Below are positions 17,936 through 26,837 of a stretch of DNA of 35,297 nucleotides, in pieces. The notes below the pieces were generated by a model, which saw only the letters and a program-made list of their open reading frames with translations, did no database searches and had not been told where the DNA came from. The stretch is from NCBI GenBank assembly GCA_965372715.1, contig CBDVDH010000041.1, positions 1 to 35,297 on the forward strand. The letters are read 5' to 3'. Source of the stretch: an uncultured bacterium (GTDB lineage Bacteria; B130-G9). Numbering within the stretch: the first letter of the stretch is position 1; every line of letters starts with the position of its first letter. The position numbers were made by a program, and so were the translations under genes.

Positions 17936-18040
17936 GTAGGGGCGTGGTCTCAGACCCGCCCGTTCCAAATGATCTCCCGGTTCACGGTGCTCTACTCGAT
18001 AGATCGATATAGGCGTGCGGGTCAGAGACCACGCCCCTAC
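17936..18040. repeat. REPIN-like inverted REP doublet, family 2
   Basis: gtaggggcgtggtctcagacccgccc is followed about 50 bp later by the inverted copy gcgggtcagagaccacgcccctac. Confidence 0.75.
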
Positions 18041-18117
18041 ACGTCGCCCGCCTAGAGCCGCAATCCGGCCATTACATCGCGAGCCATGGGGTTGCACCTA
18101 ACCCTCAAAGCCGACCT

Positions 18118-18276
18118 CTAGAACAGCGTGTAAATGAACGGCGCAAGCGCGGAGCTCTCGCCAAAGATGATGACCACTCCCATAAGCAAAAGCACAAAGA
18201 CAATCGGCAGCAGCCAGAACTTTTTTCTGACCCTAAGAAACTGCCACAGTTCCTTCGCTATTCCTATCTTTCCCAT
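18118..18276 (-). CDS. DUF5989 family small membrane protein (SxtK-like), 52 aa, not in the ORF track
   Basis: MGKIGIAKELWQFLRVRKKFWLLPIVFVLLLMGVVIIFGESSALAPFIYTLF has the typical RKK.WL.P and APFIYTLF motifs and lies downstream of the SxtJ-like gene. Confidence 0.92.
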   Translation of the reverse strand: MGKIGIAKELWQFLRVRKKFWLLPIVFVLLLMGVVIIFGESSALAPFIYTLF

Positions 18277-18310
18277 ATCCGTAGCCTCTGATCATCGATC
18301 TATTAAGAAA

Positions 18311-18733
18311 TCAGAACTGTTTTGTATAGCGCTCCAGGCCGTCTTTCGACTCCTCCTTAAGAATCCAGAAACTGCTCTTCGAGGAGTTGAAATCCCGATG
18401 CAGCACGTCGCGCTTAATCAGTCTCATTATAAGTCCGAAGGGTGTGAACACAAGATAAAACAGAATGCTCAAGAGCAGGCGGGAATTGAACCAGCCGACG
18501 GCCCGAGCGAAGACCATCCAGCATCTAAACGCTGGCCCCAGAGGCCTGGGCGACACAAGGGCAATGAGGAAAACAGCGGCCGCAATAGCGATAAGAATCA
18601 GGCCAATAGGTGTTCCTTCTGGGAACCCGCGCAGCAAATACCTGATCGCCGTAATCACCGTCGCGAGCACGAGCAAAGCGCCGGCAACGACCCTCAGCTG
18701 CTTGGTCTCGTCTCTTGATAGTTCTTTCTCCAT
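18311..18733 (-). CDS. SxtJ family membrane protein
   Basis: W....G..NSR.LL...FY...TP.G..MR...RD.L...SS.W motif; translationally coupled to the carbamoyltransferase. Confidence 0.88.
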   Translation of the reverse strand: MEKELSRDETKQLRVVAGALLVLATVITAIRYLLRGFPEGTPIGLILIAIAAAVFLIALVSPRPLGPAFRCWMVFARAVGWFNSRLLLSILFYLVFTPFGLIMRLIKRDVLHRDFNSSKSSFWILKEESKDGLERYTKQF

Positions 18734-20547
18734 CAGTCCGGAGGAAACTCCTTTTTCCAGTTGTCCGGCTCATCCCAGGCCGGCTGCTCGTTCTTGTCCA
18801 GAATAAATGAGCCGACCGCGAGAAAGTCCATTCTGGTGCGCATGAAGCACTTGTATGCGTCCTGAGGCGTGCAGACGATTGGTTCGCCTCGCACGTTGAA
18901 CGACGTGTTTATTATGACCGGGCAGCCAGTCAGCTTCTTGAATTCTGAAATGATTGCGTGATAGAGCGGGTTGTCTTTCTTGTCAACGGTCTGAACTCGG
19001 GCGGAATAATCGACGTGCGTAACGGCCGGGATGTCCGACCGCTTCAATCTGAGCTTGTCGAGGCCGAATAGGCCTTGCGCGTTCTCATGCTCAATGCGGC
19101 GCTCTTTCTTGACCGGGGCGACGAGCAGCATGTATGGGCTCTCCCGGTCTAACTCGAAGTAGTCCGAGACGTCCTCTCTAAGGACTGTTGGCGCGAACGG
19201 CCTGAACGACTCGCGGAACTTGATCTTCTTGTTCATGACGGTCTGCATCTCCTCGGACCTCGCGTCGCCGATTATGCTCCTTGCGCCGAGCGCCCTCGGC
19301 CCAAACTCCATCCTGCCCTGACACAAGCCGACGACCTTCTCGCTGGCTACGAGCTTGGCGATCGTCTCGGGGAGCTTGTCCGATGCAATCAGCGCGTATT
19401 TCGCGCCCTGCTCCTTCAGAAACGCCTCAATCTCGTGGGCTGAGAAGCCCGGGCCGAGCAGCGAGGCATTCTGAGTATCCGTAACGCCATCGGCGCTGCG
19501 CGGGTTGCCGAGATACTGATGCCATACGAATAGTGCAACCCCAAGCGCGCCTCCAGCATCGCCGGCTGCGGGCTGTATCCAGATGTTGTCAAATGGCCCC
19601 TCACGAAGGATAAGCCCATTGCCAACGCAGTTCAGTGCGACGCCACCGGCGAGGCAGAGATTCTTCATGCCAGTCTCTTTGTGGACGTGGTTCGCCATCT
19701 TAAGCATGACCTCTTCGGTGACCTCTTGCACAGACCTCGCAAGGTCCATGTCTCGCTGCCGAATCGGGGATTCTGGCTTTCTCGGCGGTCCGCCAAACGC
19801 CTTATGGAAGCGTTCATTGGTCATCGTGAGGCCCGCGCAGTAGTTGAAGTAGTCCATGTTCATCACGAATGAGCCGTCGTCCCGCACCCTGATAAGATGC
19901 TCGTGAATGAGGTCAACGTACTCGGGTTCGCCGTAGGGCGCGAGGCCCATGACCTTATACTCGCCGGAGTTGACCCTGAAGCCCGTGTAGTAGGTGAACG
20001 CGGAGTAGAGAAGACCCAACGAGTGCGGGAAGTGCAGCTCCGCCAGTATTCTGACCTGATTCGCGGTTCCCACGCCGTAGCTTGCCGTCGCCCACTCGCC
20101 AACGCCGTCCATCGTGATGACCGCCGCCTCGTCAAACGGTGACGGGAAAAACGCGCTGGCAGCGTGCGACTCGTGATGTTCCGTGAAAAGTAACTCCCCT
20201 TCGTAGCTGAGCTCCTTCCCTAAAACGTCGCGTATCCAGAGCTTCTTCGAGAGCCAGAGCGGCATCGCCTTGAGAAACGAGCGAAGGCCGAATGGGGCAT
20301 AGGCGAGGTATGTCTCCAGGATTCGCTCGAACTTAATGAACGGCTTGTCGTAAAACCCAACGTAGTTGAGGTCCTGGGCAGATATGCCCGCGTGCTCAAG
20401 ACAGTATTTCACCGCGTTCTTGGGGAAGTTAAAGTCGTGCTTCTTGCGCGTGAAGCGCTCCTCCTGCGCAGCCGCGGCTATCTCACCGTCAACCACCAGC
20501 GCCGCAGCGCTGTCGTGATAATACGCTGATATACCAAGTATCTTCAT
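18733..20547 (-). CDS. O-carbamoyltransferase (NodU/CmcH family)
   Basis: Motifs ILGISAYYHDSAA, EERFTRKKHD, HHESHAASAF, DGVGE, LAGGVALNC, EFGPRALGARS and NTSFN. An alternative GTG start lies at 20556. Confidence 0.96.
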   Translation of the reverse strand: MKILGISAYYHDSAAALVVDGEIAAAAQEERFTRKKHDFNFPKNAVKYCLEHAGISAQDLNYVGFYDKPFIKFERILETYLAYAPFGLRSFLKAMPLWLSKKLWIRDVLGKELSYEGELLFTEHHESHAASAFFPSPFDEAAVITMDGVGEWATASYGVGTANQVRILAELHFPHSLGLLYSAFTYYTGFRVNSGEYKVMGLAPYGEPEYVDLIHEHLIRVRDDGSFVMNMDYFNYCAGLTMTNERFHKAFGGPPRKPESPIRQRDMDLARSVQEVTEEVMLKMANHVHKETGMKNLCLAGGVALNCVGNGLILREGPFDNIWIQPAAGDAGGALGVALFVWHQYLGNPRSADGVTDTQNASLLGPGFSAHEIEAFLKEQGAKYALIASDKLPETIAKLVASEKVVGLCQGRMEFGPRALGARSIIGDARSEEMQTVMNKKIKFRESFRPFAPTVLREDVSDYFELDRESPYMLLVAPVKKERRIEHENAQGLFGLDKLRLKRSDIPAVTHVDYSARVQTVDKKDNPLYHAIISEFKKLTGCPVIINTSFNVRGEPIVCTPQDAYKCFMRTRMDFLAVGSFILDKNEQPAWDEPDNWKKEFPPD

Positions 20548-20562
20548 TGTGCTCACGGATTC

Positions 20563-20608
20563 ATTTCAGATTCATTGGAACGAGCTGGCCATAATAAGTA
20601 TTGTACAA
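20563..20608. repeat. 46-bp perfect direct repeat, copy 1
   Basis: atttcagattcattggaacgagctggccataataagtattgtacaa, identical at 21993-22038. Confidence 0.95.
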
Positions 20609-20713
20609 TCGGTCTCGCTCGATACAGCAACCTCCAAGGAGATCCACTCCAGCTTAACCACCGGTCTAGATTCTGGGGAGAACTATGGCGGAAATGATGT
20701 TTCCACAAGACGT

Positions 20714-21946
20714 TCATCGCTTGAGCTTGATTCCAGCATTTCGTATTCTTGCTAGCACTAGTTTCGCGATAGCTTCGTGCCCTGCTGCGTTAGGATGACC
20801 GTCCTGCGTAATTGGATACGGTTGATCACCTTCCTCAAGACACTGTCTTAAGGCGGGTAAGGCATCTACCCAGTTGATCGAACGCACGTCGAGAAACTCC
20901 TTTGTTGCTGCCCAGAAGGCCTCTTCGTTTTCGATCAATCTCTGATACTCGCTGGTCATTCGACTAGGGTCCCGGAGAACCAATTCCTTGAAAACCAATT
21001 CTTTGGTGGGGATTAATAGCAATATGAAGTCTATGTCTTTGCTTTGCGTTCTTTCCCTCAGTGCTTTTATTGCTTTGCGACAGATGTTCCGACCCTCTAG
21101 TATTCTTGGATCCGCGAGGTCCAAAGCGTAAAGGCGAAGAGTCGGCCTGAGAATCGTCCTAAACTGATCATCTTCGTAAACATAGTAATTCCTTTCCGCC
21201 GCGTATTGTTTTCGTGATTCCCATATCTTGTCGGCGCTCCCGATACTTCTTGTGACTGCACTGAATAGTCCATACAATCTCGAGTTTTTCGAGAACCATT
21301 TTCTTATGTTAGTTACATCTGACTTCGGGTAAAGCACCGGCCTCTCGACCTCATTCGTCAAGCGCTCAGGACCTTTGATGCCCTGGAGCTGACGCTGTAT
21401 AGCCTCGTCAACTGATTTTAGCCAAGTCAGCTGGTTCCTGTCGTAAACGTAGGAATATGAGTCGTGAAGGTCATTCCCAGCATAAAAAGCCTCGATCACA
21501 AGCTTGGGATGAAGGCGGATAGCTTCATCCAACAGAACAATGCTATGTGTGGGTCCGTAGCCTCCATACGCCATATTGTATACTGTGAAATCGGACAGTC
21601 TTGCTAACTGTTGGGGCCAGGCTGATTCTAGCGGAACTCCACTCCCGTATGTTTGGGAATCACCCAAAGCTACTATGTCAACTTGCTGGGGGACGAACAG
21701 GTTTCGGAACCCGTTGCTGTCGTGGTCGGGACGAGCTGGATTAGGTCTGCTTCCCAGCTCTACATCCTTTATGACAGGGTATGTGTCGTCTAGCGTGGGA
21801 ACATGAGGATCTTGGCTAAGCATAGAATTGGCTTTAGGCAAGATAAGACACGTGACCTGAAGAAGTGCCTCAGAGGCTAACGCTACGCCGAGTATCATTA
21901 ATGCAGTAAACAGTATGCGTTTCCGTTGCGACATCGCGTTTCGCAT
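20714..21946 (-). CDS. Membrane-anchored SGNH/GDSL hydrolase-like protein
   Basis: N-terminal TM helix; LGDSQTYG, N...GGYG, GND and DGHPN blocks; AAGGAG RBS before ATG 21946; visibly more AT-rich than its neighbours. Confidence 0.85.
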   Translation of the reverse strand: MRNAMSQRKRILFTALMILGVALASEALLQVTCLILPKANSMLSQDPHVPTLDDTYPVIKDVELGSRPNPARPDHDSNGFRNLFVPQQVDIVALGDSQTYGSGVPLESAWPQQLARLSDFTVYNMAYGGYGPTHSIVLLDEAIRLHPKLVIEAFYAGNDLHDSYSYVYDRNQLTWLKSVDEAIQRQLQGIKGPERLTNEVERPVLYPKSDVTNIRKWFSKNSRLYGLFSAVTRSIGSADKIWESRKQYAAERNYYVYEDDQFRTILRPTLRLYALDLADPRILEGRNICRKAIKALRERTQSKDIDFILLLIPTKELVFKELVLRDPSRMTSEYQRLIENEEAFWAATKEFLDVRSINWVDALPALRQCLEEGDQPYPITQDGHPNAAGHEAIAKLVLARIRNAGIKLKR

Positions 21947-21992
21947 CAGAACTCCTTTGCTATTCATCCAGATTCTGAGGAGAGCTGTATTG

Positions 21993-22038
21993 ATTTCAGA
22001 TTCATTGGAACGAGCTGGCCATAATAAGTATTGTACAA
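21993..22038. repeat. 46-bp perfect direct repeat, copy 2
   Basis: Identical to 20563-20608. Confidence 0.95.
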
Positions 22039-22132
22039 CGGCTATGCAATCGATAATCTGGCATGGGCTTCGTGTCTTGCGAGGCGCTATTGTGGGACAA
22101 GATCGCAAATGAAGAGTAAAGGAAGCAAAGAG

Positions 22133-22315
22133 ATGATGTGGCTCATTATCGCAATCGCTGTCTATCTGCTGCTTCAGATCGTCATTCTGCCATATTTCGG
22201 TGTAGAGACGTGACTTTCGGGAGTATGTGGTGTCGGGTCTCGACGCGAGCAGAATAGCAAGCAAGAAGCAGCGCCTCACAGCGACAGCGCGGCGCGAGCC
22301 GGGCGTAGGGAATAG
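22133..22315 (+). CDS. Candidate small membrane selenoprotein (in-frame UGA at 22211-22213)
   Basis: MMWLIIAIAVYLLLQIVILPYFGVET-U-LSGVCGVGSRREQNSKQEAAPHSDSAARAGRRE*. AAGGA lies upstream, and a SECIS-like hairpin follows the UGA. Confidence 0.65.
22230..22246 (+). promoter_or_regulatory. Putative bacterial SECIS element
   Basis: Hairpin GUGUCG-GGUCU-CGACGC; the loop starts 23 nt after the UGA. Confidence 0.6.
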
Positions 22316-22360
22316 TCCGCTGACCCAGATGCTGTCTGAGGGAGATGAGGTGGGGTCGGT

Positions 22361-23554
22361 GTGAAACGTCCTGTTTCGACGAAGCGCATTGCTGGAAACC
22401 TGTTTTTGGTTCTGGTTTCTTTATGCGTGGCGTTGTTTGGGGCGGAACTCCTGTTGCGTTATTTCGACCCGCGCGAGCGGCTTGAAGCGGGTAAGGTCTT
22501 CTATGAACACGATGACGTGCTTGGTTGGCACAAGATTCCCAATGAGGAAGGCGTTCTCGTCCAGCCAGAATACGCGGTCTTCAAGAAGATCAACGCAAAG
22601 GGCCTCCGAGGACCAGAATGGTCCTACAAGAAGCCGGCCCTCGGCCTTTCAAGGATTCTCTGTTTGGGGGATTCATATTGCGAGGGCTATGCGGTTGAGC
22701 ATCAAGACCTGTTCACTGAGAAGCTTCAGAAGCGGATGGACAGTTGGGATGGCGGCCGCTGGGAGGTCATAAACGCCGGCACCGGGGGATACAGCACCGA
22801 TCAGGAGCTACTCTTCTTTCGGACAGAGGGCTACAAGTATGAGCCCGACCTCGTGGTCCTATTCTTCTACTACAACGACGTGGTCGTCAACACTCAGGAC
22901 ACGTATTGGGACGCGCCAAAGCCGCTTTTCAGGCTCGAGGGGGACAGGCTGCGTTTGATGAACGTGCCAGTGCCAATGCCCAAGATACGCGAGAAGAGCG
23001 AAGAGCTATCGCTCGGGGAGTGGCTCGGCGCAAATTCTCGAACCTATTCCTTTTTCGCTGATGAGCTTGGAGAATTGTCCTGGAGGTGGCTGTTCGGTGC
23101 AAAGCCGCCTGTTATGCCGCCGTCCTATAAGGAGTTCATCGTCTTTCAGAGCTCGCCGTCTCTGGAGACGCAGCGTGCCTGGAAGCTAACCCTGGCGCTG
23201 CTTGGCCAGCTCAAACGAGAGGTCGATGCCATTGGCTCTAGGCTGGTGGTCTTTCACGTCCCCTTTAAGGCCACTGTTCATCTCGATGAGTTTGAGGCGC
23301 TCAGGCGGCGTTACAGGATTCCCGCGGAGCTGTGTGACGAGGACAGACCGCGCAAGGACCTAGCCGCTGTGTGCCGCCGTCTGTCGATACCGTTCATAGA
23401 CCCTCTGGACCGGTTCCGAGAGCGTGCAGAGGCTTTGAGAGCCCACGGCAAGCGGTTGTATTTCGTTCTCGATGACCACTGGACTGCCGAGGGCAACGAG
23501 TTGGTTGCGAGCATCCTTTATGATTATATTGTCACCAACTATTCGGAAGAGTAG
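22361..23554 (+). CDS. Membrane-anchored SGNH/GDSL hydrolase-like protein
   Basis: N-terminal TM helix; LGDSYCEG, NAGTGGYSTDQE, YND and DDHWT..GN. Confidence 0.88.
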   Translation: MKRPVSTKRIAGNLFLVLVSLCVALFGAELLLRYFDPRERLEAGKVFYEHDDVLGWHKIPNEEGVLVQPEYAVFKKINAKGLRGPEWSYKKPALGLSRILCLGDSYCEGYAVEHQDLFTEKLQKRMDSWDGGRWEVINAGTGGYSTDQELLFFRTEGYKYEPDLVVLFFYYNDVVVNTQDTYWDAPKPLFRLEGDRLRLMNVPVPMPKIREKSEELSLGEWLGANSRTYSFFADELGELSWRWLFGAKPPVMPPSYKEFIVFQSSPSLETQRAWKLTLALLGQLKREVDAIGSRLVVFHVPFKATVHLDEFEALRRRYRIPAELCDEDRPRKDLAAVCRRLSIPFIDPLDRFRERAEALRAHGKRLYFVLDDHWTAEGNELVASILYDYIVTNYSEE

Positions 23555-23620
23555 GCGCAAAGCCCGGTATGCCCCTCCTGGAAATCCACGAGCGTCGCTT
23601 TTCGGATGTCGGCGTGGAGG

Positions 23621-23920
23621 TCATTCGCCCTCGCAGGGCTTTCTGTCGCAAGGCTCCCTTCGTCCGCAGCATGGAGCTGACCTGTCGCACGCAGCGCGAT
23701 CTTTGCCACTATCGGGGCCCGTGGACCCAGAGGCATGGACGCGCTTGTAGTCCGTGGCGTAGAAGCCGTGCCCCTTGAAGATGATCCCCGCGCCGGCGCC
23801 TAAGACCCGACGTACCCTGCCGCCACATTTCGGACACTGCTGGACCGGTTCATCGCTCATGTCTTGCAGCATGTCGAAATGATAGCCGCACTGTTTGCAC
23901 TTATACTCATAGGTTGGCAT
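23621..23920 (-). CDS. FmdB family zinc-ribbon protein with a Cys-rich tail
   Basis: MPTYEYKC..C...CPKCGG...FKG.GFY.TDY, with tail CDRSAPCCGRREPCDRKPC. Confidence 0.9.
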   Translation of the reverse strand: MPTYEYKCKQCGYHFDMLQDMSDEPVQQCPKCGGRVRRVLGAGAGIIFKGHGFYATDYKRVHASGSTGPDSGKDRAACDRSAPCCGRREPCDRKPCEGE

Positions 23921-23971
23921 TTGAGAACCGTTCTATCATTACTGTTTTTCCACTATTTGAAGCTCGGTTCA

Positions 23972-25150
23972 TCACTCGTTAAGCACTTGCTTTCGAGCAG
24001 CAGATTTTGCCTCATCATAAACCTCCTTCAAAGGCACGCTCTGGTCAACAGCAACTTCCCTACATGATTCGTATTCCGGCGCAATGTTCATGACCTCCTT
24101 CGAGGATCTGGCGATCTTTACACCTACTTGGCCGAATCTCGTATCGACGGAAATGCTTTCTCTAAGGAGCTTCTGCCTGCCTAAATGCGAGATTCGGACC
24201 CCAAGGGATGTTGTTTCTGAGAAGACCGTTGCCAAACACGCATTCTGATTCTCTTGCCTCGCTAAAACGCTGAGTAAGGTCCCTAATCTCCCTTTCTTCA
24301 TGACAATTGGCGTCATCCACACATCCAAAGCGCCGTGCCTCAGCAGGACCTCGCAGGCGCCGCTGAGTATCTCAGGGCTCATATCGTCGATGTTGGTCTC
24401 AATCAGAACGACCTGGTCGTGATCATATTCATCGGTTTCCGTCTCACCGATGAGGACTCTTAGCATGTTGGGTATTTCAAGGTCTCTGCTGCCGAGGCCG
24501 TAGCCAACGCTGTCGATTCTCATGGCGGGCATCGCGCCGAAACTGCTGCACAGGTTCTTCAGAAGGGCAGCGCCGGTGGGCGTCACGAGCTCGGCCTCGA
24601 TGCCGCGCGAGTAGATCGGCAGTCCTTTGAGGAGCTCGAGCGTCGCCGGCGCCGGCACCGGAATCTCGCCATGCTGGCACTTGACGAAGCCAGTTCCAAC
24701 GTGAATCCTCGAGCAACACACCCTCTCGATGCCGAGCTGCTCAAGCGCTGTCACGGAACCGATGATGTCAACTATTGAGTCAAGCCCTCCGACTTCGTGA
24801 AAATGAACCTCTTCGACGTCACTCTGGTGAATGCGCGCCTCGGCCATCGCGATGCACTCAAAGATGGTCCTGCTTTTCGTCTTGATGCCGTCACTTAGCG
24901 CGCTCTGGTCCACGATTTCGAGTATATGGCGCAAATGGTGATGTGCGTGCCCCTCATCAACTTCAACGTCGAACTTGACGCCGGATAGCGACCCTTTCAT
25001 CCCCCTTGTGGCCGTCAGCCGAAACCCAGAGACGTTGATCTTCTGGAGTTCCTGTTCGAGGCGCTCAAGGGCAAGGCCAGCGTCAAGCAGCGCCCCGATG
25101 ACCATGTCCCCGCTTGCGCCCGAGAAACAGTCGAAGTATGCGGTCTTCAC
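23972..25150 (-). CDS. larC: Nickel pincer cofactor biosynthesis protein LarC (Ni insertase)
   Basis: Motifs YFDCFSGASGDM, His patch HAHHH, VHFHEVG..DSIVD, PVPAPAT, TPTGAA, ETNIDD and PEYE; GTG start with GGAG RBS. Confidence 0.95.
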   Translation of the reverse strand: MKTAYFDCFSGASGDMVIGALLDAGLALERLEQELQKINVSGFRLTATRGMKGSLSGVKFDVEVDEGHAHHHLRHILEIVDQSALSDGIKTKSRTIFECIAMAEARIHQSDVEEVHFHEVGGLDSIVDIIGSVTALEQLGIERVCCSRIHVGTGFVKCQHGEIPVPAPATLELLKGLPIYSRGIEAELVTPTGAALLKNLCSSFGAMPAMRIDSVGYGLGSRDLEIPNMLRVLIGETETDEYDHDQVVLIETNIDDMSPEILSGACEVLLRHGALDVWMTPIVMKKGRLGTLLSVLARQENQNACLATVFSETTSLGVRISHLGRQKLLRESISVDTRFGQVGVKIARSSKEVMNIAPEYESCREVAVDQSVPLKEVYDEAKSAARKQVLNE

Positions 25151-25151
25151 G

Positions 25152-25904
25152 TTACTCTCCCATTCGGTTGATCGTGCTGGCCGTATAGCCCGCGCCAAAG
25201 CCATTGTCTATATTCACGACTGTGACGCCCGGCGAGCAAGAGTTCAACATGCCAAGCAGTGCAGCCACACCGCTGAAGCTCGCGCCATAGCCGACGCTGG
25301 TCGGGACCGCGATGACCGGCTTGTCAACTAGCCCGCCAACGATGCTGGCAAGGGCGCCCTCCATTCCCGCCACAACGACCAGCACGTTAGCCCCCAAGAG
25401 CCTGGCCCTGTTGTCCAGAAGTCTGTGAATACCCGCTACACCAACGTCAAAGAGCCGCTCCACCCGGTTGCCCATGATCTCGGCTGTTATGGCCGCCTCC
25501 TCTGCGATTGGCACATCGGATGTGCCGGCGCTCACCACCAGGATGACGTTGTCGTTGGCCGGAACGCGGTGTTGTCCAATAAGAGCTATGCGCGCTGTCT
25601 CGAAATAGACCGCGTCCTCTCTCTCGCTCTTGATGGCCTCAAACGCCGACCGGTCGGCCTTAGTGGCCATGACGGGGGACTGACTTGCCGCGAGTCTCGC
25701 CATGATCTTGGCTATCTGATCGTCCGTCTTGCCTGTGCAGAGCACGACCTCCGGGAAGCCCCGACGCACTTGTCTGTGAGTATCGATCTTGGCCCAGCCC
25801 AACTCGTCGTAAGGCAGAGACCGCAGGAGCTCGAACGCCTCCTCGGCCGTAACCTTATGCTCCGAAATATCTGATAGGAGCTTCCTAATTCCCTTTGCGT
25901 CCAA
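25152..25904 (-). CDS. larB: Nickel pincer cofactor biosynthesis protein LarB
   Basis: Motifs D..R..R.GFPEV, AGTSD, DVGVAG.HR, AGMEGAL, PTSVGYG and VVNIDNGFGA. Confidence 0.95.
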   Translation of the reverse strand: MDAKGIRKLLSDISEHKVTAEEAFELLRSLPYDELGWAKIDTHRQVRRGFPEVVLCTGKTDDQIAKIMARLAASQSPVMATKADRSAFEAIKSEREDAVYFETARIALIGQHRVPANDNVILVVSAGTSDVPIAEEAAITAEIMGNRVERLFDVGVAGIHRLLDNRARLLGANVLVVVAGMEGALASIVGGLVDKPVIAVPTSVGYGASFSGVAALLGMLNSCSPGVTVVNIDNGFGAGYTASTINRMGE

Positions 25905-26724
25905 GCTCGGTCCTCTTTCGAAGCGACTCGTTCATGCTGCCCGTTCTGTATCCCTCAATGTCCAAGCTCACGTAGGTGTAGCCTAACGACTTGAGGCGAT
26001 CAATGATTCTCCTCGACACGTCCCCCTTGAGGATACGCGCAAACTCATCCCTGAGAAGCTCAATCCTCGCCGTGTCCCCGCTGTCCCGAACCCTGAGCTG
26101 ACCGAACCCAAGCCGTCTCAAGAAGCGTTCTGCGGCCTCGATTCGTGATAGCCCCTCCGCCGTTATCTCAAGGCCATACGGCAGCCGGGTCGCGAGGCAG
26201 GAATCGGAGGGTTTATTCCAGTTGGGTAAGCCGAGCTCTCTGGCCAGCGTGATGATCTCGGACTTACTGAGTCCAGCGTCCTGGAGCGGGCTGCTGATGC
26301 CAAGCTCTTTGGCGGCCCTCATTCCGGGCCGGAAATCGCCCTCATCGTCGAGGTTCGCGCCGTTAATCACGTGCCTGGCTCCAGCCTCCGCCGCTGCTTT
26401 GCGCAACTTCTGGGCAACGAGCCATGCGCAGCGGTAACATCTGTCTCTTGTGTTGGCCACGAATTCGGGGTACTTCAGCTGCTCCGTCGGGATGACCACA
26501 TGCTTGACGCCGAGAGCTGCCGCGATTGACCTCGCGCTCTCGCTCTCGTCGCGCGCATATATATCGCCCGTGGCGGTTACGGCGGTCGTCCCGTCGCCCA
26601 AGACATCGGCAGCCACCTTCAACAGCAGTGTGCTATCCACGCCGCCGGAGAACGCGACCACCACGCTTCTCATCTCTGTCAAGATGCGCCTGAGCGTGCC
26701 TGATTTCTGGAATGAGCTCGCCAT
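25885..26724 (-). CDS. larE: ATP-dependent sulfur transferase LarE
   Basis: PP-loop AFSGGVDS, RCY.C, G.N.DD..D.RPG, CLATR.PYG, RVR and GYRTGSMN. Confidence 0.93.
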   Translation of the reverse strand: MASSFQKSGTLRRILTEMRSVVVAFSGGVDSTLLLKVAADVLGDGTTAVTATGDIYARDESESARSIAAALGVKHVVIPTEQLKYPEFVANTRDRCYRCAWLVAQKLRKAAAEAGARHVINGANLDDEGDFRPGMRAAKELGISSPLQDAGLSKSEIITLARELGLPNWNKPSDSCLATRLPYGLEITAEGLSRIEAAERFLRRLGFGQLRVRDSGDTARIELLRDEFARILKGDVSRRIIDRLKSLGYTYVSLDIEGYRTGSMNESLRKRTELGRKGN

Positions 26725-26761
26725 TTCTGCGGTGTCCAGCTCCTCTCAAGACTATCCAATA

Positions 26762-26835
26762 GTAGGGGCACTGCTTGCCGTGCCCTTAATTGGTTCGGCC
26801 ACATCGGAAAAGGGCGGGGCAAGCACCGCCCCTAG
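26762..26835. repeat. REPIN-like inverted REP doublet, family 1
   Basis: gtaggggcactgcttgccgtgccct, a 24-bp spacer, then agggcggggcaagcaccgcccctag. Confidence 0.8.
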
Positions 26836-26837
26836 CA

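Noticed and set aside
18118-20556. Saxitoxin biosynthesis cluster (sxtI/J/K homologues)
   Set aside because: No sxtA, sxtG or other core genes are present, and this trio is widespread in non-toxic bacteria.
21947-22279. N-terminal extension of the 521-aa SGNH ORF
   Set aside because: A clear RBS precedes ATG 21946, and the extension crosses the direct repeat and the opposite-strand selenoprotein candidate.
23560-23623. Sec read-through at the UGA of the first FmdB gene
   Set aside because: I found no convincing G-loop hairpin at the right distance, and the read-through runs into the convergent gene.
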